A stretch of 64,000 nt of DNA, taken from an uncultured cyanobacterium (lineage in GTDB: Bacteria > Cyanobacteriota > Cyanobacteriia > Cyanobacteriales > CAWCAG01). The notes below the pieces were generated by a model, which saw only the letters and a list, made by a program, of their open reading frames with translations, did not search any database and was not told where the DNA came from. This document shows positions 31,261 to 44,193 of this stretch, in pieces. The stretch is from contig CAWDOD010000011.1 of assembly GCA_963803805.1 (NCBI GenBank), positions 672,001-736,000 of the forward strand, in the 5' to 3' direction. How positions within the stretch are numbered: position 1 is the first letter of the stretch; every line of letters begins with the position of its first letter. The position numbers and the translations under genes were made by a program.

Positions 31261-31572
31261 ATGGCAATTGATGTACGGAGTGCCGTGAACTCAGCACAAA
31301 ACTATTTTGAATCACTTAAAGATATTATTAGTCCTAAACTTTCAAATTCAAGTTTTGAAGAAGTTGAACTTGCGCTTGAAGAAGTCGAACTTTCAGAAGA
31401 GCAAGATTTTTGGTTCATCACATTAGGTTTTAATCGTCCTACTGTTCAGCCTAAGAGTGCTATGCGAGAACTATTACCCTCTCCTACTTATAAGTATGAG
31501 CGAGAGTATAGAATATTCAAAGTCAACTCAGAAACAGGTGACGTTCATTCGATGAAAATTAGAGAGTTATGA
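31261..31572 (+). CDS. Hypothetical acidic protein, candidate antitoxin
   Basis: LEEVELSE...WFITLGF...REYRIFKV...SMKIRE; overlaps the PIN gene by ATGA. Confidence 0.7.
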   Translation: MAIDVRSAVNSAQNYFESLKDIISPKLSNSSFEEVELALEEVELSEEQDFWFITLGFNRPTVQPKSAMRELLPSPTYKYEREYRIFKVNSETGDVHSMKIREL

Positions 31573-32072
31573 AAAAGTATATTCGTGAATTATTGAAGAA
31601 ATATAGACAAAAGGGAATTCTGATTGATACAAATATTTTACTTCTTTGGTTTATTGGCGGTGTCAATCGTTCACGTATTTCAAAATTCAAACGAACAAAC
31701 CAATTTATACCAGAAGATTACGACTTATTGCTAGAGATTTTATCTTATTTTACGAAGATTGTAACGACTCCAAACATTTTGACTGAGGTTAATAGTTTAG
31801 CAAACCAACTTGGTGAACCTGAACGTTCTCAATGTTTTTCTGTATTTGCTCAAGGAGTATTTCAATTAGATGAATTTTGTATTGAAAGTACAACAGTAGT
31901 TAATAATACAAAGTTTACTAAATTTGGTTTAACAGATTGCGGTATTTCTAATTTAGCTAGCGGTGACAAGTATCTTGTACTGACTGATGACTTTCCTCTG
32001 TCAAACTATCTACAAAAATCAGGGATTGATACAATCAACTTTAACAACATCCGCAATTACGGATGGGGCTAA
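31569..32072 (+). CDS. PIN-domain protein (VapC-like ribonuclease fold)
   Basis: LIDTNILL, TPNILTEV, GLTDC, VLTDD acidic catalytic set. Confidence 0.85.
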   Translation: MKKYIRELLKKYRQKGILIDTNILLLWFIGGVNRSRISKFKRTNQFIPEDYDLLLEILSYFTKIVTTPNILTEVNSLANQLGEPERSQCFSVFAQGVFQLDEFCIESTTVVNNTKFTKFGLTDCGISNLASGDKYLVLTDDFPLSNYLQKSGIDTINFNNIRNYGWG

Positions 32073-32141
32073 AAAACAACTATATGAAATTAGGAATAAC
32101 GGCACTACATATAAATCACTCAATCCTCTAGCAACTAGCGA

Positions 32142-32798
32142 TTAGCAACTAGCAACTAACAAACTCTCAGCCTCCACAATTTCCATTTCCCCTTCCTCAA
32201 TTACCCAACAACGATCAGCAATTTTCGCTAACTCCCCAGGATCATGGGTAACAACCAACAACGTCCAATGATTTTTAAGTTTAGCTAACAGGTTAGCCAA
32301 TTGTTGTCGCATTGACCAATCTAAGCCTGCTGTCGGCTCATCTAACATCAGTAAATTAGGTTGACGTACTAACTGAACAGCTAAAGCAAGACGGCGTTGT
32401 TGTCCTCCACTTAAAGCATTAGGAGAATTATCATAGGAAAGATGTTGCAAGCCAACCTCTTGCAGGGCTTCCCTAACTTGTTGGTGACGCAATTCAGGAT
32501 GACCGATACGCAATTCTTCTAAAATAGTGCTGCCGCAAAAATGCCTTTCGGGAAACTGGAAAACCAAGCCCCCTAAATATTGCAAATCCAAAGAAGTTAA
32601 TTCTTGATTGCCCCAGAAAATTCCGCCTCCGGTTTTCTCAGCTAGTCCTGCCAAAATTTCTAATAAAGTGGTTTTCCCAGAGCCACTCTTACCGACAACC
32701 ACACCTAATTGCTGAGGGGCTAATTCTAAATTAATACCTTTGAGGATAGGAACAGGTGTAGCTGGGGGATGATAGACCAGATTTTTGAGATAAAGCAT
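32142..32798 (-). CDS. ABC transporter ATP-binding protein
   Basis: GKSGSGKT, LSGGQQRR, LMLDEP, VTHD. Confidence 0.93.
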   Translation of the reverse strand: MLYLKNLVYHPPATPVPILKGINLELAPQQLGVVVGKSGSGKTTLLEILAGLAEKTGGGIFWGNQELTSLDLQYLGGLVFQFPERHFCGSTILEELRIGHPELRHQQVREALQEVGLQHLSYDNSPNALSGGQQRRLALAVQLVRQPNLLMLDEPTAGLDWSMRQQLANLLAKLKNHWTLLVVTHDPGELAKIADRCWVIEEGEMEIVEAESLLVASC

Positions 32799-33005
32799 TT
32801 ATTCAGTTATTCAGTGTAGGGGAGACTCGTTTTCCTGGTATTTTCGACAGACCGAAGTTTGAATTGGCTTGTCTTTCTATCAATTATCTATCTCGTTTAA
32901 ATTAACACAATTGAATATGCTCTTGGCAAGATAAATGCCTGTGGAACCAGGAGATTAGGGGTTGCGTCAAGCCCTGTAAGAAATTAAATACAATAGAAAG
33001 GCAAC

Positions 33006-33109
33006 ATATAGCAGTTATTAATACCATGAGGTACTACCTAGGCTTTGGCTAATGGCTAATGGCTAATGGCTAATAGAAATGTACCTCAGTAGCTTGGAAA
33101 TTGCTATAT
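33006..33109. repeat. Palindromic dispersed element with heptamer core
   Basis: Ends ATATAGCAGTT / AATTGCTATAT, inner TGAGGTAC / GTACCTCA, core (GGCTAAT)4. Confidence 0.75.
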
Positions 33110-33202
33110 TGTCTTAATTTAATGGCAGAAAAAACCCTACTTAATAAGTTGCCTTCTGGATAATTTCTTTAACAAGCAAACTTACAAACCATAAAATCAA
33201 CT

Positions 33203-34138
33203 ATGTCAAAAAGAATATCTTTTACTTTAGCTAGTTCCTTAACTGTAGCTCTTAGTCTTATGAGTAATCCCGCTTGGGCAGGAGATCCTTTCCGTCCTGG
33301 CAATCCTTATAATATGGGAGATAAGACAGAAGAAGCTTTTGATACTTTGTTCCGAGAAGGGAAATATCAAGAAGCGATTAAAGATTTACAAGAAGCAGAA
33401 AAAAGTGATCCTGATGAGCCTTTGGTTTATGCTTTGAGGGCTGCTTTGGCTTTTATGAACGAAGATTTATCTACCATGAATAGTTATGCTAAAAAAACTA
33501 TTCAAGTAGCAGATAATTTAGTAGATGCAGATGAAAATTCTTTACGAGGTAATCTCTATTTGGCTGTGGGCCATTTTTTAGAAGGAGCTTATCAATATAA
33601 AAATGATGGTCCGATTGGTGCTGTAACTAAATTACAAAAAGTCTTTGAATACCTTGATAAAGCAGAAGCAATTGACCCCAACGATCCAGAAATGAATATG
33701 TTGAAGGGTTATATGGAGCTTTTGTTAGCAGTTAATTTACCTTTTTCTAACCCCGAACAAGCAATAGAAAAGTTTGAAAATAAAGCTGCGCCAGAATTTC
33801 TTGTTGACCATGGTATTGCTGTTGCTTATCGTGATTTAGGTAATAAGAACGAAGACGATAATCGTGACAAAGCAATTAAATATTACGAAAAAGCTTTAGG
33901 TTATGTTGAACAATCTTTGAAAACTATACCTAATAACCCTGAAGTTGGTTATTTACGAGGACAAATTCTTTATAAGCTAGGGAAAAATCAGCAAGATGAA
34001 TCTTTGTTAGAAGAGGCTATTAAAGATTTTGAAAAAGCTTTAGCTAATGAACAACAACTACCTCCTTCTCGCATTAAGGCAATTAAACATGAAAGAATGG
34101 TAGCTGATAATAAATTGAAGGAGTTAAGAGGCTCTTAA
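33203..34138 (+). CDS. Secreted TPR protein (Sll0314/Alr1548-like)
   Basis: Signal peptide ending AWA-GDPFR; LRGNLYLAVGHFLEG, KGYMELLLAVNLPFS. Confidence 0.8.
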   Translation: MSKRISFTLASSLTVALSLMSNPAWAGDPFRPGNPYNMGDKTEEAFDTLFREGKYQEAIKDLQEAEKSDPDEPLVYALRAALAFMNEDLSTMNSYAKKTIQVADNLVDADENSLRGNLYLAVGHFLEGAYQYKNDGPIGAVTKLQKVFEYLDKAEAIDPNDPEMNMLKGYMELLLAVNLPFSNPEQAIEKFENKAAPEFLVDHGIAVAYRDLGNKNEDDNRDKAIKYYEKALGYVEQSLKTIPNNPEVGYLRGQILYKLGKNQQDESLLEEAIKDFEKALANEQQLPPSRIKAIKHERMVADNKLKELRGS

Positions 34139-34353
34139 ATATCTTTACCTAAAAAATAGCTAACTTCATTAAGAAAACTGGGTTTCTTTATTCTTCCACG
34201 CTACCAATAAGAATAGCCAAGAAGCCCAGCTTTCTATTGGTACTAACCAGAATCCTCTCCTCATCTGTTGGTATTAATTACAGTAATAGGGCTTACGATT
34301 ATAAACAACATATGATTAAATTAGCCTAATCTCCTGCCTATACCTTCCCGCCT

Positions 34354-35514
34354 ATGACTGCTGAGTTAAAACTCCCAAAAACCCAACGCCTCACCTCAAT
34401 TGACGTTTTCCGAGGTATAGCGATCGCCGGGATGATTTTGGTTAATAATCCAGGAAGTTGGGAACACGTTTATGCCCCCTTGCTCCATGCAGAATGGCAC
34501 GGTTTTACCCCTACAGATTTTGTCTTTCCCGCCTTTGTTTTCATTGCTGGGACATCAATAGCATTTTCTTTAGCTAAATATATTAAAGAGCAAAAACCGC
34601 CTCAAGAAGTCTACTTGCGCCTCTTAAAACGCTGTTTAATTCTGTTTGCTTTGGGTTTATTTCTTAATGCTTCTTCTGTCATCATGAATGCTCTTTTTAA
34701 AGGGGAATCCCTCAGCGAGTTAGCTAACCTCCGTATCATGGGAGTTTTACAGCGTATTAGCTTAGCTTACTTCTTTGCTGCTATTGCTATACTCAACTTG
34801 AAAAAGAAAACTCTGTGGATTTTATCAGGAGTCATCCTTTTAGGATACTGGGGCGCAATGATGCTCATTCCTGTACCTAATTATGGTGCAGGAAATCTTA
34901 GCTTAGAAGGAAACTTAGCTACTTATATTGATCGCCTAATTTTAGGTACTAAACATCTCTACATTAATGGTTTTGATCCTGAAGGACTATTTAGTACTCT
35001 CCCTGCTATCGTCACAGTTTGGTTAGGTTACTTTGCTGGAGATTGGATACGCCACCAACCCATTAAATCTCGTACTACTATTGGTTTAGTATTATTTGGT
35101 ATTGCTGCTTTAGTTATAGGCTGGTTTTGGGGCTTAAGTTTTCCTATTAATAAACAGTTATGGACTAGTTCTTATGTTTTATATAGTGCAGGTTGGGCTT
35201 CACTTCTATTAGCAGCTTGCTATGAATTAATTGAAGTTAGGAACATTCGTTCTTGGAGTTTTCCTTTCAAAGTGATGGGAATGAATGCCATTTTTATTTT
35301 TGTTCTCTCTGGTTTTATAGTTCGTATTCTCTACCGTACTAACATTGGTGCAGGAGAAGATGCACCAACTACCTATGCTTGGATTTATGAAACTTTCTTT
35401 GCTTCCTGGGCAGGAGCAATTAATGGTTCTTTGTTATTTGCTTTAGCTAGCGTTACGTTTTGGTGGCTAATTCTCTATTTTATGTATCGTCAACGTTGGT
35501 TTATTAAAGTCTAA
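34354..35514 (+). CDS. Heparan-alpha-glucosaminide N-acetyltransferase-like membrane acyltransferase
   Basis: RLTSIDVFRG, HAEWHG, GVLQRI, DPEG, PINKQLWTSSY. Confidence 0.88.
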   Translation: MTAELKLPKTQRLTSIDVFRGIAIAGMILVNNPGSWEHVYAPLLHAEWHGFTPTDFVFPAFVFIAGTSIAFSLAKYIKEQKPPQEVYLRLLKRCLILFALGLFLNASSVIMNALFKGESLSELANLRIMGVLQRISLAYFFAAIAILNLKKKTLWILSGVILLGYWGAMMLIPVPNYGAGNLSLEGNLATYIDRLILGTKHLYINGFDPEGLFSTLPAIVTVWLGYFAGDWIRHQPIKSRTTIGLVLFGIAALVIGWFWGLSFPINKQLWTSSYVLYSAGWASLLLAACYELIEVRNIRSWSFPFKVMGMNAIFIFVLSGFIVRILYRTNIGAGEDAPTTYAWIYETFFASWAGAINGSLLFALASVTFWWLILYFMYRQRWFIKV

Positions 35515-35595
35515 TTTATTTACTTAGGCTGATTAAATAAAAACAAGTAATTGTTAATACTAACTGGATAAAATTATTGAGGCATTAGGGAAAAC

Positions 35596-35639
35596 AGCGA
35601 TCTAAATCACAGATATCCAATTAATTTGTCACTTAAACT
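35596..35639 (+). promoter_or_regulatory. CRP-like box with class II promoter spacing
   Basis: AGCGA-TCTAAA-TCACA (35596-35611), 22 nt, then TAAACT (35634-35639). Confidence 0.55.
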
Positions 35640-35714
35640 ACATAGTTGCAATCGCGGATATGTAACAGCGAAAAGTAGATAGTAGTAAGTGACAAACAAA
35701 CGAGCTAAACAATC

Positions 35715-35894
35715 ATGAGAATTGATATTCAAGAATTGGTTACCCAAATTTTATCTTCACGTTGTATTTCCCTCCCAGAGAAGCAGTTAATGTCTTCTTT
35801 ATTGAATCAAGATAATCTCAAGGAAGAAGACAAAACTCTAATCGAGAGAGTTTTCTATGGGGTACGTCATGGAATTTTACGAGTAGTTGATTAA
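35715..35894 (+). CDS. Small hypothetical protein, 59 aa, absent from the ORF track
   Basis: MRIDIQELVTQILSSRCISLPEKQLMSSLLNQDNLKEEDKTLIERVFYGVRHGILRVVD*; similar to the product of 53361-53555. Confidence 0.75.
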   Translation: MRIDIQELVTQILSSRCISLPEKQLMSSLLNQDNLKEEDKTLIERVFYGVRHGILRVVD

Positions 35895-36268
35895 TGAGTT
35901 GAGAATTAGTACTAATTATTTCCTCAAAACTCGCATACATTAAAGCGTTATTTTTGTCAAAAAAAGTTTTGAAATTTCCTCAAAAATTGTACGTTCTTGC
36001 ACCGGGATTAAAAGAGATTTTGAGAGTAAATACTAACCTTATCAACGATTTGTCTAGATTGTAGCGATTCGCTTGTGATTTTGGATACTAGTACACCAGA
36101 ATGATTTTTTCAACTATACCATAAAAACACATAAATGCGTCGTTTGAAGCGAATTTCTGGCCTTGACATTTTTTAAGTTGAAGTTATGTAAATTTAAAAT
36201 ATTTAATAGTTAAATCAACTTGCTCTTACTAAAACTTATATTAAACAAAGAGATTGCCAATCTTGCAG

Positions 36269-36304
36269 AAAAAATAGGGATGAAGTCTACACTCCATCCC
36301 TATT
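36269..36304 (-). terminator. Intrinsic terminator after apcE
   Basis: Minus strand AATAGGGATG...CATCCCTATT followed by a T run. Confidence 0.7.
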
Positions 36305-36333
36305 CTCAATTAATTCAAAGCCGACTCAACCAG

Positions 36334-39117
<2,784 letters not shown>

Positions 39118-39431
39118 CTATTCTTGCTCTAAGATTCCCCTCGTTATAGGAAGGGTGATTTTTCCGGACAATTTTCTAAAACGATATGTTTAATGTTTAA
39201 GTCAGTACTGTAGTCAGCTTTTAGATTAAAACTTTTCTTGCTTTCTGAGCGGGTTTATTAAGAAGTATGTCGTTTATTGGGTGGAAAATTTGCTTATAGC
39301 CAAAAATAGTGGTCAGACTATGAGCGAAAGATAAGAAATAATCTAGTCAAACTAATCTTATCCTCTTTATGGCCCTAGCAAGTTAACTTTTGCTACTGCC
39401 GCTCCCCATTTCCTACTCCCCCATTCAACTA

Positions 39432-40610
39432 ATGACCAATGAAACTACTCAGCGCGAGGCTGTTAAAAAACTTTACGACACTTATCCCTTTCCTCCTGAC
39501 CCTTTAATCGACGAACCACCTCCTGGTTATAATTGGCGTTGGCAGTGGTTAACTGCCTATAATTTTTGCACAGGACGTAAACCAACTCGTTCTAAGATTC
39601 GTATTTTAGATGCAGGTTGTGGCACAGGAGTTGGGACAGAATATCTTGTTCATCTCAACCCCGAAGCTGAGGTAGTAGCCATAGATTTAAGCGAAGGAGC
39701 TTTAGCTATGGCTAAAGAGCGTTGTCGCCGTTCTGGGACTGAAGGTGTGGAATTTCATCAGCTTAATCTTGAAGATGCCGCTCAACTACCAGGAGAATTT
39801 GAGTTCATTAACTGCGTAGGAGTGTTGCACCATCTGCCTGACCCCCATAAAGGGATTACTGCCATCGCCCAAAAGTTAGCCCCCGGCGGCTTGTTGCATA
39901 TCTTTGTTTATGCTGAATTAGGGCGTTGGGAAATCACCTTAATGCAAGAGGCGATCGCTTTACTTCAAGGAGACAAGAAAGGAGATTATCGGGATGGGGT
40001 TAAGGTGGGGCGAGAAATCTTTGCTAACCTACCGGAAAATAATCGTTTGGCTAAGCGAGAAAAAGAACGCTGGGCGATGGAAAATTTTAAGGATGAATGT
40101 TTCGCTGATATGTACGTTCATCCCCAAGAAACAGATTATCGCTTAGAAAATCTGTTTGAGTTGATTAAAGCTTCTGGTTTAGATTTTGTAGGCTTTTCTA
40201 ACCCTGAATATTGGGACTTAGGGAGATTGTTGGGGAAATCACCTGATTTGATGGCTAGGGCTGAAAAATTAACCGCTATGGAACGCTATCAATTGATTGA
40301 GAGGTTAGACCCAGAAATTACCCACTACGAATTTTTCTTGACCAAACCCCCCTTAGAAAAAATAGATTGGTCAGAGGATTCCTTGCTCAAATCAGCCATC
40401 CCTCAAAGAAATCCCTGTATGAATGGTTGGCCTAGCCAAAGTATCCTCAACCACAACTATCAAATGGCACAATTGTCTGCTGAGGAATTTGCCTTTCTCC
40501 AAGGCTGTGATGAAAATAAAAGTGTCGAAGACATCTTAAGCCAAGTCTCCCTAAGCTTAGAAGGAGTGCGATCACTCCAACAAAGACAACTGGTTATTCT
40601 GAGTATCTAA
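39432..40610 (+). CDS. Class I SAM-dependent methyltransferase
   Basis: LYDTYPFPP, ILDAGCGTG, GVLHHL, DMYVHPQE; ATG 39432 preferred as start. Confidence 0.88.
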   Translation: MTNETTQREAVKKLYDTYPFPPDPLIDEPPPGYNWRWQWLTAYNFCTGRKPTRSKIRILDAGCGTGVGTEYLVHLNPEAEVVAIDLSEGALAMAKERCRRSGTEGVEFHQLNLEDAAQLPGEFEFINCVGVLHHLPDPHKGITAIAQKLAPGGLLHIFVYAELGRWEITLMQEAIALLQGDKKGDYRDGVKVGREIFANLPENNRLAKREKERWAMENFKDECFADMYVHPQETDYRLENLFELIKASGLDFVGFSNPEYWDLGRLLGKSPDLMARAEKLTAMERYQLIERLDPEITHYEFFLTKPPLEKIDWSEDSLLKSAIPQRNPCMNGWPSQSILNHNYQMAQLSAEEFAFLQGCDENKSVEDILSQVSLSLEGVRSLQQRQLVILSI

Positions 40611-40745
40611 ACTAGCAACCCTCCTAAACTCGTAACTTTTCTTTCACAAATATTTAAGAATTGTCACTGTATCGTGATATTATTGCTGCTGGTTCGTGTT
40701 CTCATCGAACCAGAAAATCTGGACTAGCCTAAGCGCAAATAGAGC

Positions 40746-41168
40746 GTGAATCCGTCTAATCAAACCCTCGAAACACAGCCAGCCTCAGAAGACAATACCT
40801 CAGCAGATTCCATGCGAGAGTATTATCGACTGTTACAGACATTATTGTTAATAACTCTAGGTTTTACCGGAATTATTTGCTTATTTGTCTGGTTTTTTTA
40901 CTCTCTCAACATAGCTTTGAATTATTTAATTGGAGCTTGTGTGGGGGTAGTATATCTTAGGCTACTCGGCAAAAAAGTTGAGAGAATAGGCTCAGGAGGC
41001 GGACAGCGCCTTGGTTCTAGCCGAATAGCGCTTTTCGTTGGGCTAATCGTTGTTGCTACCCAGTGGCAACAGCTACAGGTTCTACCCATATTTCTTGGAT
41101 TTATGACTTATAAAGCCGCAATTATCGCCTATGTGCTGCAAACGACACTTTTGCCAGAGCAGAAGTAA
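40746..41168 (+). CDS. atpI: ATP synthase protein I (Atp1)
   Basis: Four-TM protein heading the atp operon; [12 protein letters not shown]. Confidence 0.9.
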   Translation: MNPSNQTLETQPASEDNTSADSMREYYRLLQTLLLITLGFTGIICLFVWFFYSLNIALNYLIGACVGVVYLRLLGKKVERIGSGGGQRLGSSRIALFVGLIVVATQWQQLQVLPIFLGFMTYKAAIIAYVLQTTLLPEQK

Positions 41169-41255
41169 ATAGCAGTTATGGAGCTTAAATAATGCGGTCA
41201 CGAAAGAAATCCTTGATACAAACGTTTTGATATCTGGGGAAATAAGTTCAAAAGA

Positions 41256-42011
41256 ATGCAAATTTTAGATAGTTGGAGTATTCTCAATTCTTTCCCCCTC
41301 GCTGAATTAGAAGTTGGCAAGCATTTTTATTGGGAAATCGGCAATTTAAAAGTCCACGGTCAGGTATTTCTCACCTCCTGGATTGTAATTGGCCTCCTAT
41401 TAATTGCTTCATTGGCTGCCACAAGGAATATCCAAAGAATCCCTCAAGGTTTCCAAAACTTTATGGAATATGCTTTGGAATTTCTCAGAGATCTGGTCAA
41501 AAACCAGATTGGCGAAAAAGAATATCGGCCCTGGGTCCCGTTTGTAGGAACTTTGTTCTTATTTATTTTTGTAGCCAACTGGTCAGGGGCCCTTGTACCT
41601 TGGAAACTAATTGAGCTACCAGAAGGGGAATTAGCTGCTCCTACCAATGACATTAATACCACTGTAGCCTTAGCTTTACTTACTTCTTTGGCTTATTTCT
41701 ACGCTGGTTTTAAAAAGCGAGGTTTGGGTTATCTTGCCAAATATATTGAGCCAACGCCAATACTGTTGCCGATTAATATTTTGGAAGATTTCACTAAGCC
41801 TTTATCTTTAAGTTTCCGTCTGTTTGGTAACATCCTCGCAGACGAGCTAGTAGTAGCAGTTTTAGTACTTTTAGTACCCTTATTTATTCCTTTACCAGTA
41901 ATGGCTTTAGGACTATTTACTAGTGCCATTCAAGCACTAATTTTCGCCACCCTCGCTGCTGCTTACATTGGAGAAGCAATGGAAGGTCATGGGGGAGAGG
42001 AACACGATTAG
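41256..42011 (+). CDS. atpB: ATP synthase F0 subunit a
   Basis: [26 protein letters not shown]. Confidence 0.98.
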   Translation: MQILDSWSILNSFPLAELEVGKHFYWEIGNLKVHGQVFLTSWIVIGLLLIASLAATRNIQRIPQGFQNFMEYALEFLRDLVKNQIGEKEYRPWVPFVGTLFLFIFVANWSGALVPWKLIELPEGELAAPTNDINTTVALALLTSLAYFYAGFKKRGLGYLAKYIEPTPILLPINILEDFTKPLSLSFRLFGNILADELVVAVLVLLVPLFIPLPVMALGLFTSAIQALIFATLAAAYIGEAMEGHGGEEHD

Positions 42012-42102
42012 GGAGTTTCTCAAATCAAATCTTTTTCTCTAGCTTGGGAATTTTACTTTTTGAAGTCAAAATTTCCAGTGAGAGATTTACTCATTGTTTT
42101 AG

Positions 42103-42372
<270 letters not shown>

Positions 42373-42383
42373 ATCGTTACTCG

Positions 42384-42435
42384 GCACTCACTTGATGGGT
42401 AGAGGTAAAAACTTACTTGCCCATCAAGTGAGTGC
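42384..42435 (+). promoter_or_regulatory. Intra-operon stem-loop after subunit c
   Basis: 16-bp perfect stem GCACTCACTTGATGGG / CCCATCAAGTGAGTGC with no U tract. Confidence 0.75.
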
Positions 42436-42465
42436 TTATCGCAGACTTAAGGCACAAACTAAGGG

Positions 42466-42960
42466 ATGATGATATATTGGACAACTTTACTGGCTGCTGA
42501 AGCTGTTGAAACAACAGCAGAAGGGGGGCTTTTTGATTTTGATGCCACTTTACCTCTGATGGCAGTACAGTTTTTGATTTTAGTAGCCTTGCTCAATGTG
42601 GTTTTTTATAAACCTTTAGGGCAAGCAATTGATAGCCGCGCTGATTATATACGCAAAAAATTATCAGAGGCAGGAGAGCGACAGGGAAAAATCAAGACTC
42701 TCACTCAACAATATGAGCAAGAGTTAAAAGATGTACGTCGTAAATCTCAAGAAGCGATCGCCTCGGCTCAAGAAGAGGCCCAAAAAGTAGCAGCTAAACA
42801 AATCCAAGAGGCGCAGCAGGCAGTGCAAGCTGAAAGGGAACAAGCCGCTCAAGAGATTCAATCTCAAAAAGCAGAGGCATTGCAAACCCTAGAACAAGAT
42901 GTAGAGGCTTTGAGCCGCCAAATCTTAGAAAAGCTGTTAACACCTGAATTGGTTAGCTAG
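42466..42960 (+). CDS. atpF2: ATP synthase F0 subunit b'
   Basis: [17 protein letters not shown]...FYKPL, then coiled coil. Confidence 0.95.
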   Translation: MMIYWTTLLAAEAVETTAEGGLFDFDATLPLMAVQFLILVALLNVVFYKPLGQAIDSRADYIRKKLSEAGERQGKIKTLTQQYEQELKDVRRKSQEAIASAQEEAQKVAAKQIQEAQQAVQAEREQAAQEIQSQKAEALQTLEQDVEALSRQILEKLLTPELVS

Positions 42961-43012
42961 CCAGTTGCCTAACTAACACTCTTTCAAATTTATAAAGTAA
43001 TCACAAGCACAA

Positions 43013-43564
43013 ATGGGTATCATGGGCAATTTTTCATACCTAGCTACTGCGGCGGCAGAAGTCGCCTCAGAAGAAGGCTTTGGTTTGAATTTCGACATTT
43101 TAGAGACTAATTTGCTCAACCTCGCCATTATTATCGGGGTACTATACTTCTTTGGACGTAAATTTTTAGGCAACATTCTCAGTGAAAGACGCTCTGAAAT
43201 AGAGTCAGAAATTAGTGAAGCTGAAAAAAAAGCCACTCAAGCAGCAGCATCTTTAGCTGATGCTCAACAAAAATTAGCTCAAGCTCAAGCAGAAGTAGAG
43301 CGAATTAAAGCAGCAGCAGATGAAAGTGCCAAAAAAGCCAAAGAAAGTATCTTAGCTCAGGCCAAGGTTGATGTAGAGCGTATTAAAGAAGGCGCTGTAC
43401 AAGATGTCAACACCGAAAGGGACAAAGCAATTTATCAGTTAAAACAGCAGGTTGCGGCCCTAGCAATTGAGCAAGTTGAGTCACATTTAAGAGAACGTCT
43501 TGATGATGATTCTCTCCAGCACAAGCTAATTGACCGTAGCATAGCTCAACTAGGAGGTAGTTAA
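43013..43564 (+). CDS. atpF: ATP synthase F0 subunit b
   Basis: FGLNFDILETNLLNL, then coiled coil. Confidence 0.95.
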   Translation: MGIMGNFSYLATAAAEVASEEGFGLNFDILETNLLNLAIIIGVLYFFGRKFLGNILSERRSEIESEISEAEKKATQAAASLADAQQKLAQAQAEVERIKAAADESAKKAKESILAQAKVDVERIKEGAVQDVNTERDKAIYQLKQQVAALAIEQVESHLRERLDDDSLQHKLIDRSIAQLGGS

Positions 43565-44123
43565 TGAAAAATAGTTTACTAAGCTCTAAGAATCGTTGAG
43601 CCTTATGCAGAAGCTTTGAATGGCCCTAGCCAAAGATAATGATCTTGTCGATAGCTTAGGGGAAGATATTAAAGCTTTAGAAAACTTACTTAAAGAATCA
43701 TCAGAATTAAATGGGTTTTTAAGCAATCCGGTTGTTAAAGAAGATAATAAAAAAGCAGTCTTAAATCAAGTTTTGGGGGAAGATACTAACAACTACCTCA
43801 AGAGCTTTTTGATGCTGCTTATAGACCGTAAACGCATCGTCTTTTTAGAAGAGATTTGTCAGCAATACTTAGATAAATTACGTCAAATGAAGGGGACTGT
43901 CTTAGCCACAGTAACCTCGGCGGCGGAATTAAACGAAGAGCAAAAAAATGCTGTCACTGACAAAGTTAAAAATATGACTAGTGCTGATTCTGTAGAACTA
44001 CAAACGGAAATTGACCCTAGCTTAATTGGTGGGGTAATTATTAAAGTGGGTTCCCAAGTTCTTGATGCCAGTCTTCGAGGGCAGTTGCGTCGTATTAGTA
44101 TGCGCTTAACTAGTCCTACCTAA
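43564..44123 (+). CDS. atpH: ATP synthase F1 subunit delta, with two +1 insertions near the 5' end
   Basis: ATG overlaps the atpF stop; removing one A near 43590 and one near 43619 restores MKNSLLSSxIVEPYAEALMALA...; C-terminal DPSLIGGVIIKVGSQVLDAS. Confidence 0.93.
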
Positions 44124-44193
44124 ATTGTTATTGTCTCCTCAAGAGCAATGACAAATAAATTAACCACAAACAAGTAAGTTATTAACTAAAAAA

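Noticed and set aside
34171-34235. Imperfect inverted repeat after the TPR gene
   Set aside because: Too degenerate to distinguish a terminator from a decayed repeat.
35895-36268. Possible ncRNA or riboswitch in the gap downstream of apcE, also checked at 61964-62143
   Set aside because: No recognisable conserved structure or motif by eye; an Rfam/Infernal scan would be needed.
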